Shown piece by piece: positions 37,559 to 46,398 of a stretch of 48,084 bases of DNA. This DNA comes from a virus (lineage: Duplodnaviria; Caudoviricetes): positions 1 through 48,084 of IMG/VR virus record IMGVR_UViG_3300032237_000447. One strand, given 5' to 3'. Made by a program: the position numbers and the translations under genes. The notes beneath the pieces were generated by a model. The model had not been told where the DNA came from. It saw only the letters and a program-made list of their open reading frames with translations, and did not search any database. The first letter of the stretch is position 1. Each line of letters begins with the position of its first letter.

Positions 37559-38010
37559 CACTAATAGCAAAACCTGTAATTGATCGTAAGTATTGGATCT
37601 TACAAGAAAATGACAAGAAGGTTGGTAATGTAGAAGCTTGTGATGGTGGCTTTCAAGTTAAGATTAATAATCAGATTCAACAATACAAAACTATTAAAAT
37701 GGTCGAACAACGTGTTCAGGTGCATTTTGAGCCACCTTTAAAGACCAAGGCCAAACCAATTACTAACTTAGTACACGGATATCCAGTAGCAGGGCGTGTT
37801 TGTAATCCTATGTGGGACGTACCCAAAAAGTTACCTGTGTACACTAAGACTAACAAAAGTAAGTCGTGGTTTGCCGCTGGATGGTACAAGGTCAAGAAAG
37901 GTCGTAATTGGGCCGCTATACAAGGCCCTAAATTAATACTACTACAACGCTACCCGTATGCGGGTCCATTTTATTCTAAAGAGGAAGCAGAGAACCGTGC
38001 ATCCATTTGA
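37555..38010 (+). CDS. Hypothetical phage protein
   Basis: SD aggag; 151 aa. Confidence 0.7.
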   Translation: MTLIAKPVIDRKYWILQENDKKVGNVEACDGGFQVKINNQIQQYKTIKMVEQRVQVHFEPPLKTKAKPITNLVHGYPVAGRVCNPMWDVPKKLPVYTKTNKSKSWFAAGWYKVKKGRNWAAIQGPKLILLQRYPYAGPFYSKEEAENRASI

Positions 38011-38620
38011 TTTTCCAGCTAGTACCAAAACTGTACGTGGTGCTGGATCTGATTATTATAACTTTATAGATCAAACGTACTTTCAAAATTTTAAAAATCA
38101 AAGAATTTTAGAAATTGCGCCATTTGTTGGGCTTCATTCAAAACTTATTGCTAACAAGCAACCCAAATATTTTAAATGTATTGAGGGCGATCAATTAAAT
38201 TTAGAAAAATTAAAACAAATTCCAAATATTGATGAAATTGTTATTGACGATGCATGGTTAGCAATTAACAAAGAAGAACTATTTGATATTGTTATATGTT
38301 ACGGACTTTTATATCATCATCATAGTTCACTGCAACTCATTGAACAAATTGTAAATTTTTGTAAACCAAAATATTTGTTAATTGACTGTGTGACCGCAGA
38401 ACATCCGTTGGCCTATAATGCTGAATCGGCTGGCTCTTCTGGAAATAGACAAGTTCGCAACAATTGGAAACAAGCCGGGGTTAATTTAAAAACACCATTT
38501 TTTATTATCAATCAAAGTATGTTTAATATGGATTATCAGCTCGAGCAAGCCCACCATATGAATTTTGACGACTTTTCAAAAAATAATAGCTGGGTAGCCA
38601 GTTGGAAAATTAAGGAATAA
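37997..38620 (+). CDS. Class I SAM-dependent methyltransferase
   Basis: ILEIAPFVG, FDIVICYGLLYH; start uncertain (ATG 37958 or GTG 37997). Confidence 0.7.
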   Translation: MHPFDFPASTKTVRGAGSDYYNFIDQTYFQNFKNQRILEIAPFVGLHSKLIANKQPKYFKCIEGDQLNLEKLKQIPNIDEIVIDDAWLAINKEELFDIVICYGLLYHHHSSLQLIEQIVNFCKPKYLLIDCVTAEHPLAYNAESAGSSGNRQVRNNWKQAGVNLKTPFFIINQSMFNMDYQLEQAHHMNFDDFSKNNSWVASWKIKE

Positions 38621-38658
38621 TATTATGACCAATCTATTTTACACCGAGGAGACTGCCA

Positions 38659-38868
38659 GTGAGCATTCATTTACACCGGTTTATTGAAAGGCTACAAGGG
38701 TTTGAAGCTCGTGGTGCCAAGGACTTTATTATGCCCATAACTGACGCTAAAGGCATGCATGCTGACCTAACTCAACTGTTATTAGAGCTTACTGCTTTTA
38801 AAGAACAGGCAGTAGCGGTCCAAACCGACGAAGTAATTTCAATCAAAATGGATGGGGGCTCATTCTAA
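38659..38868 (+). CDS. Hypothetical protein
   Basis: SD gaggag; GTG start; ends MDGGSF. Confidence 0.6.
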   Translation: MSIHLHRFIERLQGFEARGAKDFIMPITDAKGMHADLTQLLLELTAFKEQAVAVQTDEVISIKMDGGSF

Positions 38869-38911
38869 AACTACCTATATTTTAGCATAAATAATATATA
38901 GGAGTTTAATA

Positions 38912-39199
38912 ATGAGTAGACCAAAACCCAACGTCCTGATTGAGTTGGCAAACAAAAGCACATACAAGACCGAACAGGTATTAGCAAGTGAGGGTGTATG
39001 GGCTGTGTTTTACGAGAACAAGCCAATCAATCTTAAAACCTCGAACCTCTTGGTTCAGTACCCTGGCCCTAAGTACAAGAAGGTCAGCTTCTCCAATCCT
39101 GGCCACGCAAAGAACTTGGCCAAGAAACTCAACTCACAATTTAAAACAGACAAGTTCACGGTTGTCTTATTAAAAGTCGGCGACCACGTCTACCCTTGA
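38912..39199 (+). CDS. Hypothetical basic phage protein
   Basis: cataaata late-like box and SD aggag upstream; 95 aa. Confidence 0.75.
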   Translation: MSRPKPNVLIELANKSTYKTEQVLASEGVWAVFYENKPINLKTSNLLVQYPGPKYKKVSFSNPGHAKNLAKKLNSQFKTDKFTVVLLKVGDHVYP

Positions 39200-39200
39200 T

Positions 39201-39569
39201 GTGCGTGACAAATACCTACTTACCCAAGAATTAATTCAACACCTGCCCGATCCTTACAAGGTTACTGAGGCAGAGGCCTTGGCCCTATGGTGGTTTAATC
39301 TGAGACGCAATGGTGGACTAAGGTTGACCAAGATGGGGTATGAAGCCTTGGCAAAACACATTGAACTTGAACACTACGATTACAATGTTGAACCGTTTGT
39401 TATAAACAGTAAAATGATTATTGCTTTAGATCGTAAACTACAACAACCTTGGTATATTTACACTGTTAAAATGATGCCTCGTACTTTGGTATTTTTTGGT
39501 AGTAAAGAAGCCATGATGGCTAACCTATACGGAGATTTGAAGAAGTTTCTTGACAATTATACGCAATAG
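39201..39569 (+). CDS. Hypothetical protein
   Basis: 122-aa ORF directly after the previous stop. Confidence 0.65.
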   Translation: MRDKYLLTQELIQHLPDPYKVTEAEALALWWFNLRRNGGLRLTKMGYEALAKHIELEHYDYNVEPFVINSKMIIALDRKLQQPWYIYTVKMMPRTLVFFGSKEAMMANLYGDLKKFLDNYTQ

Positions 39570-39578
39570 TGCTATAAT
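39550..39578 (+). promoter_or_regulatory. Consensus sigma70 promoter for the tRNA
   Basis: TTGACA-17 nt-TATAAT, 10 nt before the tRNA 5' end. Confidence 0.8.
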
Positions 39579-39587
39579 GCTATTATT

Positions 39588-39664
39588 GGGCCTTTAGCTC
39601 AGTTGGTTAGAGCAAACGACTCATAATCGTTGGGGCGATGGTTCAAGTCCATCAAGGCCCACCA
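39588..39664 (+). tRNA. tRNA with CAU anticodon, Ile2-type
   Basis: Cloverleaf gggcctt/aaggccc, anticodon loop ctcataa, T loop ttcaagt, encoded CCA; the body resembles bacterial tRNA-Ile2 more than tRNA-Met. Confidence 0.9.
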
Positions 39665-39682
39665 ATACTAAATACACAGACT

Positions 39683-39850
39683 ATGGAACAAAAGAAACCA
39701 GTAGCACAGTATTACTACTCTGAAGAAGAGTGGTCAAGATTAGGCTGTGGGCCTTTGCCCAAAGAGCGCGAGTATGCTCGTCAGGTGCAAGATGTTATTG
39801 CTCGGGCCAATCCCAAAATAGATAATAATGTAGTTAAAGGTAGCAATTAA
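39683..39850 (+). CDS. Small hypothetical protein
   Basis: The ORF-track start lies inside the tRNA; the likely start is ATG 39683 after ctaaata. Confidence 0.5.
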   Translation: MEQKKPVAQYYYSEEEWSRLGCGPLPKEREYARQVQDVIARANPKIDNNVVKGSN

Positions 39851-39884
39851 TTTTCAAAGTATTTTAATAAAGGAAGTAAGTAAC

Positions 39885-40088
39885 ATGGCAACAGGTAAAG
39901 TAAAGTGGTTTAATGATGCAAAAGGTTTTGGATTTATTGTTCCAGATGGTGGTGGCGACGAATTGTTTGCACATTTCTCAGCTATTAATAGCAATGGATT
40001 TAAGAGTCTTAAAGAGAATCAAGCGGTAACTTTTGATGTAGTGCAAGGCCCAAAAGGCAAGCAAGCATCAAACATTATTCCGCTGTAA
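39885..40088 (+). CDS. cspA: Cold-shock protein
   Basis: [15 protein letters not shown] (RNP1), LFAHFS (RNP2). Confidence 0.95.
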   Translation: MATGKVKWFNDAKGFGFIVPDGGGDELFAHFSAINSNGFKSLKENQAVTFDVVQGPKGKQASNIIPL

Positions 40089-40089
40089 A

Positions 40090-40446
40090 GAATTGTTGTA
40101 ATTCCTTCGTAGTGAAGGCACTGTGGACCCGGGTTCGATTCCCGGCATCTCCACCAAAGTGTATTGTCTACTGGAGAGTGGGGACAACCCTTCGAGGGCC
40201 CACCGTAAGATCCACACAGTATGCTTTGTTGGGGATGACAAGGTTTCGACATGGTGAGATAGCAAAAGAGGCAACACAGTAGGCGATGACTGTAAATCAA
40301 GCAAACTATGTAAATGCAAAAACATCTACAGGCGAAGTAACTGTTTCAGGTAAGAACATCAAGTTCTCTGCTCGTTCAGCACAACGCCAATCTTTAGCAG
40401 TTTAATCACTGCTTAGGGCAGGAAATGCCTCGTAACAGAAACCACC
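40090..40446 (+). ncRNA. ssrA: Circularly permuted (two-piece) tmRNA
   Basis: T arm and 3' acceptor strand (ccgggttcgattcccggcatctccacca, ending 40156) precede the 5' strand ggggatgac (40231); G3-U70 Ala identity pair; tag ORF 40316-40405 after taaat; outer boundaries approximate. Confidence 0.88.
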
Positions 40447-40447
40447 T

Positions 40448-40472
40448 AAAATGGCACTTCGGTGCCATTTTT
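40448..40472 (+). terminator. Intrinsic terminator
   Basis: aaaatggcac-ttcg-gtgccattttt. Confidence 0.85.
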
Positions 40473-40473
40473 C

Positions 40474-40502
40474 TTGACTTTTATAGTAGAACCTGTTATA
40501 GT
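40474..40502 (+). promoter_or_regulatory. Sigma70-like promoter for porin 1
   Basis: TTGACT-17 nt-TATAGT. Confidence 0.55.
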
Positions 40503-40541
40503 AGTAAAGCAGTTTACAAACTTAACAAGGAAAATTTATTC

Positions 40542-41318
40542 ATGAAAAAGATCTTAGTATCACTCCTGTTAGCCACAGGATTAACAACGGTCAATGCTGT
40601 AGAAGTACTTGATGGTAATCTAACTGGTAACATGACTATTAATAGCGATTATAAGTTCCGTGGTATTAGTCTAAGTCAAAATGGTCCGGCTATTCAAGGA
40701 GGTATTGACTACAATCACTCTACAGGTTTATACATCGGTAACTGGAACTCCAGTATGCGTGGTGTGCCGAATATGAACAACGACGATGTCGACAGTAACA
40801 GTGGTATGCAGTCTAATTTATATGCTGGCTGGAAGAAAGATGTTTACAAAGGTATTATCGTTGATGTAGGAACTATTAGTTATTTGTATCCTACTGCTAG
40901 TTCAGGTGGTTCAAAAATTAATTATACCACCAATGAAGTATATGCTGGTGTAGGGTATGGTCCTGTTGCGGTAAAGTACAGCCAAACTACTTCAAACTAC
41001 TTTGGCCTAAACAATAGTTCCGGTACACAGTACTATCAGGCCGATATCAAACAAGATCTTGGGTTTGTTAACAGTTCATTAAAGGATTTAAGTGTTGTAG
41101 CACACTATGGTCATACACAAGTGGCCAACAACAGTAATTTGAACTACAATGACATGAATATTGGTGCAATTTATTCTTTCCCAGGAAAGTGGGATTTGGC
41201 AGCTCGTTACTATACTAATAGTTCTATGAGTAACAAGTTCAAACAGTACAATAGTTGGAATGGTACTAACTTCTATCAAAATGCATTTGTAGCTAGTGTT
41301 ACCAAAACATTTGACTAA
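40542..41318 (+). CDS. TorF/Gcw_chp-family putative outer-membrane porin, copy 1
   Basis: Signal peptide MKKILVSLLLATG; SDYKFRGIS..GPAIQGGIDY, GLYIGNWNS; ends VTKTFD; ATG 40542 follows SD aagga. Confidence 0.85.
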   Translation: MKKILVSLLLATGLTTVNAVEVLDGNLTGNMTINSDYKFRGISLSQNGPAIQGGIDYNHSTGLYIGNWNSSMRGVPNMNNDDVDSNSGMQSNLYAGWKKDVYKGIIVDVGTISYLYPTASSGGSKINYTTNEVYAGVGYGPVAVKYSQTTSNYFGLNNSSGTQYYQADIKQDLGFVNSSLKDLSVVAHYGHTQVANNSNLNYNDMNIGAIYSFPGKWDLAARYYTNSSMSNKFKQYNSWNGTNFYQNAFVASVTKTFD

Positions 41319-41335
41319 TCTAGTCTAACGCAAAC

Positions 41336-41358
41336 AAAGGCACTTTGGTGCCTTTTTT
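41336..41358 (+). terminator. Intrinsic terminator
   Basis: aaaggcac-tttg-gtgcctttttt. Confidence 0.85.
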
Positions 41359-41481
41359 GTTGACCATAAACTACTAACATAAAGACCAAAAATGCCCAAT
41401 AACCTATAGAAATTTACTGCATTGGCAGTGAACCCAGTAAATAATATTGTTGTATAACTTTTATAAAAGGAAACACACAGA

Positions 41482-42219
41482 ATGAAAAAAATATTATTAG
41501 CATTGTTTGCGATCGCAGGTATTACTTCTGCTCACGCACAAGTAACTGGCAATTTAGGTTTGGCAAGTGACTATCGCTTCCGCGGTATTAGTCAAAGTCA
41601 AAATGGTCCAGCAGTACAAGGCGGTGTTGACTACACTCACTCAAGTGGTTTGTATATTGGCAACTGGAACAGTAGTGTATCTAGCCAACTGTACACAGGC
41701 GGAGCTGGTGTGGAGTCAGACATCTATGCTGGATACAAGAAAGACATTTACAAGGGCTTGACTATTGACGTTGGTTCTTATAACTATTTCTTTCCTAATG
41801 CCACCAATGGTAAGAATCCTAACTTCAACACACAAGAATTATTTGCTGGGTTAGGTTATGGTCCTGCTAGTGTCAAGTATAGCCGCAGTACAAGCAATTA
41901 CTTTGGCACACAAAATAGTGCTGGTACACAATACTACCAAGCTGATGTTAAGCAATCATTTGAGCCGGTAACTGCTAAACTCAAAGACTTGAGTTTTGTT
42001 GCTCACTATGGTCGTACTGCTGTTGCCAACAACGGTAATTTGAGTTACAACGATATCAACGTAGGCGCTGTCTACACCTTGCCAAAAGCATGGGAACTTG
42101 GTGTTCGTTATTACACAAATACAAGCAAGACAAGCACTTTCCAAAATGCCAACACCGTAAATGGTCAGCAGCTTTATAAAGATGCTTGGGTAGCTCTAGT
42201 AACAAAAACATTTGAATAA
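41482..42219 (+). CDS. TorF/Gcw_chp-family putative outer-membrane porin, copy 2
   Basis: Signal peptide ending AHA; SDYRFRGISQ..GPAVQGGVDY; ends VTKTFE. Confidence 0.88.
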   Translation: MKKILLALFAIAGITSAHAQVTGNLGLASDYRFRGISQSQNGPAVQGGVDYTHSSGLYIGNWNSSVSSQLYTGGAGVESDIYAGYKKDIYKGLTIDVGSYNYFFPNATNGKNPNFNTQELFAGLGYGPASVKYSRSTSNYFGTQNSAGTQYYQADVKQSFEPVTAKLKDLSFVAHYGRTAVANNGNLSYNDINVGAVYTLPKAWELGVRYYTNTSKTSTFQNANTVNGQQLYKDAWVALVTKTFE

Positions 42220-42244
42220 TTAAACTTATTCAAAGTTATACAGC

Positions 42245-42267
42245 AAAAGGCCCTTAGGGGCTTTTTT
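42245..42267 (+). terminator. Intrinsic terminator
   Basis: aaaaggccc-ttag-gggctttttt. Confidence 0.8.
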
Positions 42268-42284
42268 GTTGGCTAAGTATTTGC

Positions 42285-43130
42285 ATGATAGATATTATTA
42301 CAGTAGTATTTCGAGAAGAACTACCGATACTAAAACTACAAGCAGAAAGCATTTCGTTATACTGTAATCGTATGTGTTTACATACCATTTATGTTGTTAT
42401 AAATGATGACGGCATGACCGAAAATGATATTGATGTTTTGTGGTGGGGCAGATTTGCCAACCGAGTAAAAATTATTCATAGAAAACACTGGGATATCACC
42501 CTTGAAGGAAATGGGTGGCTTACACAACAACTATTAAAATTGTTGGCTGCAAAACAAAGCAACAGTGAATGGTCGATGGTTCTCGATGCTAAAACAATTA
42601 TTATACAACCAGTAGAACTTGACAAAATATTTGATGACACTGGAAAACTTACCTGGGGATCTATACCAATCTTTCCAGTATTTGATACTGCTAAACACAG
42701 AGTTAGCCAACTATTTAATATCAATCAAACACACATAGCAGGACCGGCTGGCATTCCTTTCTTTTTTCACAATCAAACAGTTAACAATATGATTGAAGAC
42801 ATTCAACAACGGACTAATCAAAGTTTTAGTAAATGGTTTTTAGATCAAGGTATGATTACTGAATTTATATTATACTCTGGTTACATACAATATCGAGATG
42901 GGTCACTGGATAAAATGTATGTTAACAGCAACAATTCTTATTACCCGTGTAATGTTTGTCACAGCGAAGTAGAATCATTTGATCGAAAGTATCAGCAAAT
43001 GCAACATCCCAATACACTAACTGTTAGTGTACATCGAAATGCCTGGACAAAACTAACAGATTTACAAAAACAAGCATATCGTAATTTATTACTTATTTCT
43101 GGTATTACTTGTGCCAAGGATCTTATATGA
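42285..43130 (+). CDS. Glycosyltransferase-like protein (GT-A-like)
   Basis: GWLTQQLLKL, MVLDAK, TEFILY. Confidence 0.55.
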   Translation: MIDIITVVFREELPILKLQAESISLYCNRMCLHTIYVVINDDGMTENDIDVLWWGRFANRVKIIHRKHWDITLEGNGWLTQQLLKLLAAKQSNSEWSMVLDAKTIIIQPVELDKIFDDTGKLTWGSIPIFPVFDTAKHRVSQLFNINQTHIAGPAGIPFFFHNQTVNNMIEDIQQRTNQSFSKWFLDQGMITEFILYSGYIQYRDGSLDKMYVNSNNSYYPCNVCHSEVESFDRKYQQMQHPNTLTVSVHRNAWTKLTDLQKQAYRNLLLISGITCAKDLI

Positions 43131-43669
43131 AAGCTATCGCAATGGTGGCACATCCGGACGACTGCGTTATTTTTGCCTACAGTTTTATACATGCCCATCC
43201 TGAACTAGACTGGACTGTGTGCTATCTTACATACAATGACCACGACTATCGAGGTAGTGAACTAAAATCATTTTGGGATAAACGAAATATTAAAACTAAA
43301 TTTCTGGGCTATGTTGATAATTGGCACGATATAGAAAATAAACAAATTAGTTTTGACGAAGCACATGCTTGGATTGATATTCAGGAAGCTGTTAGTGCTA
43401 ACGATATTGTGTTAACACACGATCAAGATGGCGACTACGGACATCTACATCATAAATTTGTATATGATGCGGTAGCCGACTATCACCCTAACATGATAAC
43501 TTTTGCTGGTATAGGCAAAGGCAATGTTAAATTTACTATACCTACAGGAACTTATACGTTAGATGAATTGCCCAAGCATGGCAAAATTATAGCTGAGTTC
43601 CATCAAACGGAACATGCCAATGAATATTTTATTCCTGACTCAGTTAAAAAACTATTAAATAGATCATGA
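43127..43669 (+). CDS. PIG-L/LmbE-family deacetylase, second copy
   Basis: VAHPDD, THDQDGDYGHLHH; ATGA overlap at 43127. Confidence 0.8.
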   Translation: MKAIAMVAHPDDCVIFAYSFIHAHPELDWTVCYLTYNDHDYRGSELKSFWDKRNIKTKFLGYVDNWHDIENKQISFDEAHAWIDIQEAVSANDIVLTHDQDGDYGHLHHKFVYDAVADYHPNMITFAGIGKGNVKFTIPTGTYTLDELPKHGKIIAEFHQTEHANEYFIPDSVKKLLNRS

Positions 43670-44484
43670 AAAAGAAATTAATGGTGGCGGGCTGTAGTTT
43701 TAGTGCCGTGAGTCAAACTCTGCCGGGTACTAGTTGGAGTGAGGTACTGGCAAACCAGTTAGATTGGGATCTAATTAATCTGGCTCGCCAAGGATGTAGT
43801 AACGGTGGTATTCGTATTCAAATTGAAGAGATTCGTAGGCAACGGCCAGACTTTGCTATAGTGAGTCCTACATTTTGGGACCGTATGGAAATACCTGCTA
43901 CGGCTGCTCCGTATGATTGGGTGAATAATATACCGGGTGGTGAGAATCCTCCACTGGAGCAACACTTACAAAATCGTGAATTAAAGAATGGTTACAATCG
44001 ACAAGATGGCATCGACAATGTCAACTACGGTAATAATAACTACAACATGATCTGTGAAACTATTTTCAGTCTAGCAGAAAACTATACACATCCATATCGT
44101 TCTGGATTAATTAGTAAAGACGCACAAAGAGGAGTTCGTGCCTGGATCGACAGCATCTACGACAATGCCTGGAAAAAACAAATGGATGAGTGGATTATGG
44201 TTGAAGGTGTGCTACAGATGTATCTAGATGGTATTAACTTTTTAGTACTGCCAAACTTATTATGGCCATTTGATCCTAACAATGTAGATCAATGGCGCAA
44301 TGCATTTCCAAAAATTATTACAGATCAGTATATACAACTAGAATCTATTCAAAGCCCACAAGCAATATGTGGAAATAATCCTTTTAAAGGAGATGATCCT
44401 GGCTACCACGGCAACGAACAAAGTCAAATTATTATTGCCAACAACTGGTACAATCGCATTAAAAACGATTTTAATCTAGTTTAG
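43666..44484 (+). CDS. SGNH-like hydrolase
   Basis: VAGCSFS, NLARQGCSN, PGYH. Confidence 0.6.
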   Translation: MKKKLMVAGCSFSAVSQTLPGTSWSEVLANQLDWDLINLARQGCSNGGIRIQIEEIRRQRPDFAIVSPTFWDRMEIPATAAPYDWVNNIPGGENPPLEQHLQNRELKNGYNRQDGIDNVNYGNNNYNMICETIFSLAENYTHPYRSGLISKDAQRGVRAWIDSIYDNAWKKQMDEWIMVEGVLQMYLDGINFLVLPNLLWPFDPNNVDQWRNAFPKIITDQYIQLESIQSPQAICGNNPFKGDDPGYHGNEQSQIIIANNWYNRIKNDFNLV

Positions 44485-45541
44485 GAATCTTTATTCTAAG
44501 CAGGTTGTGCATCTGTTTTAAGGTCTTGTGTTTTAATGTTTGTACAAGATTACAATTATGTTCCAACTCCCCTTGTATCTGACTGTATATTTCTCTAGGA
44601 TCTTGCTCGCTTAACCACTGACATTGTTCAAATGCATGATCAAATCTACGCACATGATCTTCTATGTTATCGTAATGTTCGTTTACAACCTTGCTAAATG
44701 TTTCAAATCCTAAATTTCGTAGGTTTTTTAAGAAGCCAACTGCACCAAACATCACAAATAACCTTTTAGCCAGCAACGGTTTAGTAGTTTTTTCGCTGAA
44801 GAAAAAAGTATCCGAGGTTCCTAATGTTTCACAAACAACTGTATAGTTTGTCTGCTGATACATTTTATACGGCATAAAGGGACTAATGTTTTTGACTAGA
44901 TTCTCTTGTACTTCCCAAGTAAGATCTAAGTTAGGGCTAATATAAGGATAATTTAATTTTGTTGACGGAAAGCAATCATGTACTTGTTTAGTCCAGGGAT
45001 CTATAACTCCACCTACAAACATTTCTCTATAGGTTACAATACTGCGCTCTAATAGTCCTGATTGTGTAAATGCCAGCATCGCATAATCTCTGTGCGGTCT
45101 ACGAGCTCCTAGTAATACATCAAAGTCATAAGGTTTATTGTATCCACTGGTGTCAATAATTTCGTTAAATTTCAAAAGGTTATAACTCCACCAAGGACGA
45201 TAAATCATACACGACTCATCTACTAACTCTTTACGATGTAAGCCGCCCAATGCCAATACATAATTGCGTATGCCGTTTTTTTCAATCCAAATTTTGATCC
45301 ACTCTAAAGGACGATACTCGATGTCGGTTAGAATAACAAGATCAAATATACTTAGGTCTAGGTGTTCTATCTCTGGCTTATATGCAAAATCGTTACGTTC
45401 ATTACACATAACAGGCAATGCAGCAATCTTAAAGTCACTACGCATAACTTCGTTGAGGTCACTTGTTACCGGTTCAATATTCCAGTCTATTGCCGCTAAC
45501 TCTCCCCACTTAGGACAATATATAGGATAAGGGATCTTCAT
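44471..45541 (-). CDS. Glycosyltransferase-like protein
   Basis: LLGARRPHR, VVCET, FSEKTTKP, LRNLGFETF, YDNI. Confidence 0.55.
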   Translation of the reverse strand: MKIPYPIYCPKWGELAAIDWNIEPVTSDLNEVMRSDFKIAALPVMCNERNDFAYKPEIEHLDLSIFDLVILTDIEYRPLEWIKIWIEKNGIRNYVLALGGLHRKELVDESCMIYRPWWSYNLLKFNEIIDTSGYNKPYDFDVLLGARRPHRDYAMLAFTQSGLLERSIVTYREMFVGGVIDPWTKQVHDCFPSTKLNYPYISPNLDLTWEVQENLVKNISPFMPYKMYQQTNYTVVCETLGTSDTFFFSEKTTKPLLAKRLFVMFGAVGFLKNLRNLGFETFSKVVNEHYDNIEDHVRRFDHAFEQCQWLSEQDPREIYSQIQGELEHNCNLVQTLKHKTLKQMHNLLRIKIPKLD

Positions 45542-46398
45542 AGACGATTTTTAATTACGTTAAGATAGTGGTCAAAGTCACAAACTACTTGTGCGTCGTT
45601 GTCCCAATGTAGGCTTAGGCTTAGGTCAGGAACGGTATCAGCAAAACAATTATAATTGTTTGTGAAGTTTTTTAGTTTATCTAAACTATCGTATTCAAAC
45701 CGTCGTTGTTCTTGTATGTCTATATCGTGACGATACATTGCCCAGTTGCCTAGTAATTCATATTCACTGAACCATTTAATAATGTTACCAGTACCCCATG
45801 GTGGCACAGTAGGCATGCCCGGTACAGCATCTATAATAGCATCAAGGAACCATTTGTTATGCTTATGTTCTAACAAAGTCTTAAGTGCTTGCCAATCTTC
45901 CTTATGTACAGGCACTAGCTCTGTAACAAAACAATTTGGAGTTTGTCTTTCAATACCTACCACACTTTCAAGTACTCCGCGATAGCTATCGTGTGTGGTG
46001 TTAGGTATAATTAAATAGTTTAAGCGACCATCCTTATAGCACTCGTACGGCTCAACCATAAACGTATCAGGATCATGCATCAATACAACGTCATCATCTA
46101 AGTAGTCACGTACAGCTAACTTTAATGCCTGTTGCCACAACCACTTACCGCGATAGTCATCTGCAAAGATCCAGTGATCAATTTCGGGATATTCATTTAG
46201 TATCACACTGTCTGGCAGGTATTCGAATCGAGTTGTATCTATGTTATATTTTGCAAAGATACTCCATAATTCATCTTTGGGTACAGGACTACTAATAACT
46301 GTACGATCTATCCCTTTAAGGAAATGATCAAACTGCATGGTCAAACAAGCATGTGGTATGCGATAACGGGCAAGGAATACTACGCGAGCTACTGTCAT
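45538..46398 (-). CDS. Glycosyltransferase-like protein related to 42285..43130
   Basis: WLWQQALKL, MHDPDT, FSEYELLG. Confidence 0.55.
   Translation of the reverse strand: MTVARVVFLARYRIPHACLTMQFDHFLKGIDRTVISSPVPKDELWSIFAKYNIDTTRFEYLPDSVILNEYPEIDHWIFADDYRGKWLWQQALKLAVRDYLDDDVVLMHDPDTFMVEPYECYKDGRLNYLIIPNTTHDSYRGVLESVVGIERQTPNCFVTELVPVHKEDWQALKTLLEHKHNKWFLDAIIDAVPGMPTVPPWGTGNIIKWFSEYELLGNWAMYRHDIDIQEQRRFEYDSLDKLKNFTNNYNCFADTVPDLSLSLHWDNDAQVVCDFDHYLNVIKNRL

Noticed and set aside
39638-39682. ORF-track start of the 70-aa ORF
   Set aside because: It lies inside the tRNA gene; ATG 39683 is more plausible
40019-40325. Minus-strand ORFs 40019..40300 and 40068..40325
   Set aside because: They are antisense translations of the tmRNA (WWRCRESNPGP and VEMPGIEPGS are typical tRNA/tmRNA artefacts)
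40171-40356. Glycine-riboswitch-like words (ctggagag...caccgtaag and tttcaggtaa)
   Set aside because: The pieces are about 140 nt apart, interrupted by the tmRNA 5' end, and the second lies in the tag ORF; no coherent aptamer can be drawn
40425-40541. N-terminal extension of porin 1 in the ORF track
   Set aside because: It overlaps the tmRNA end, terminator and promoter; the signal peptide and SD point to ATG 40542
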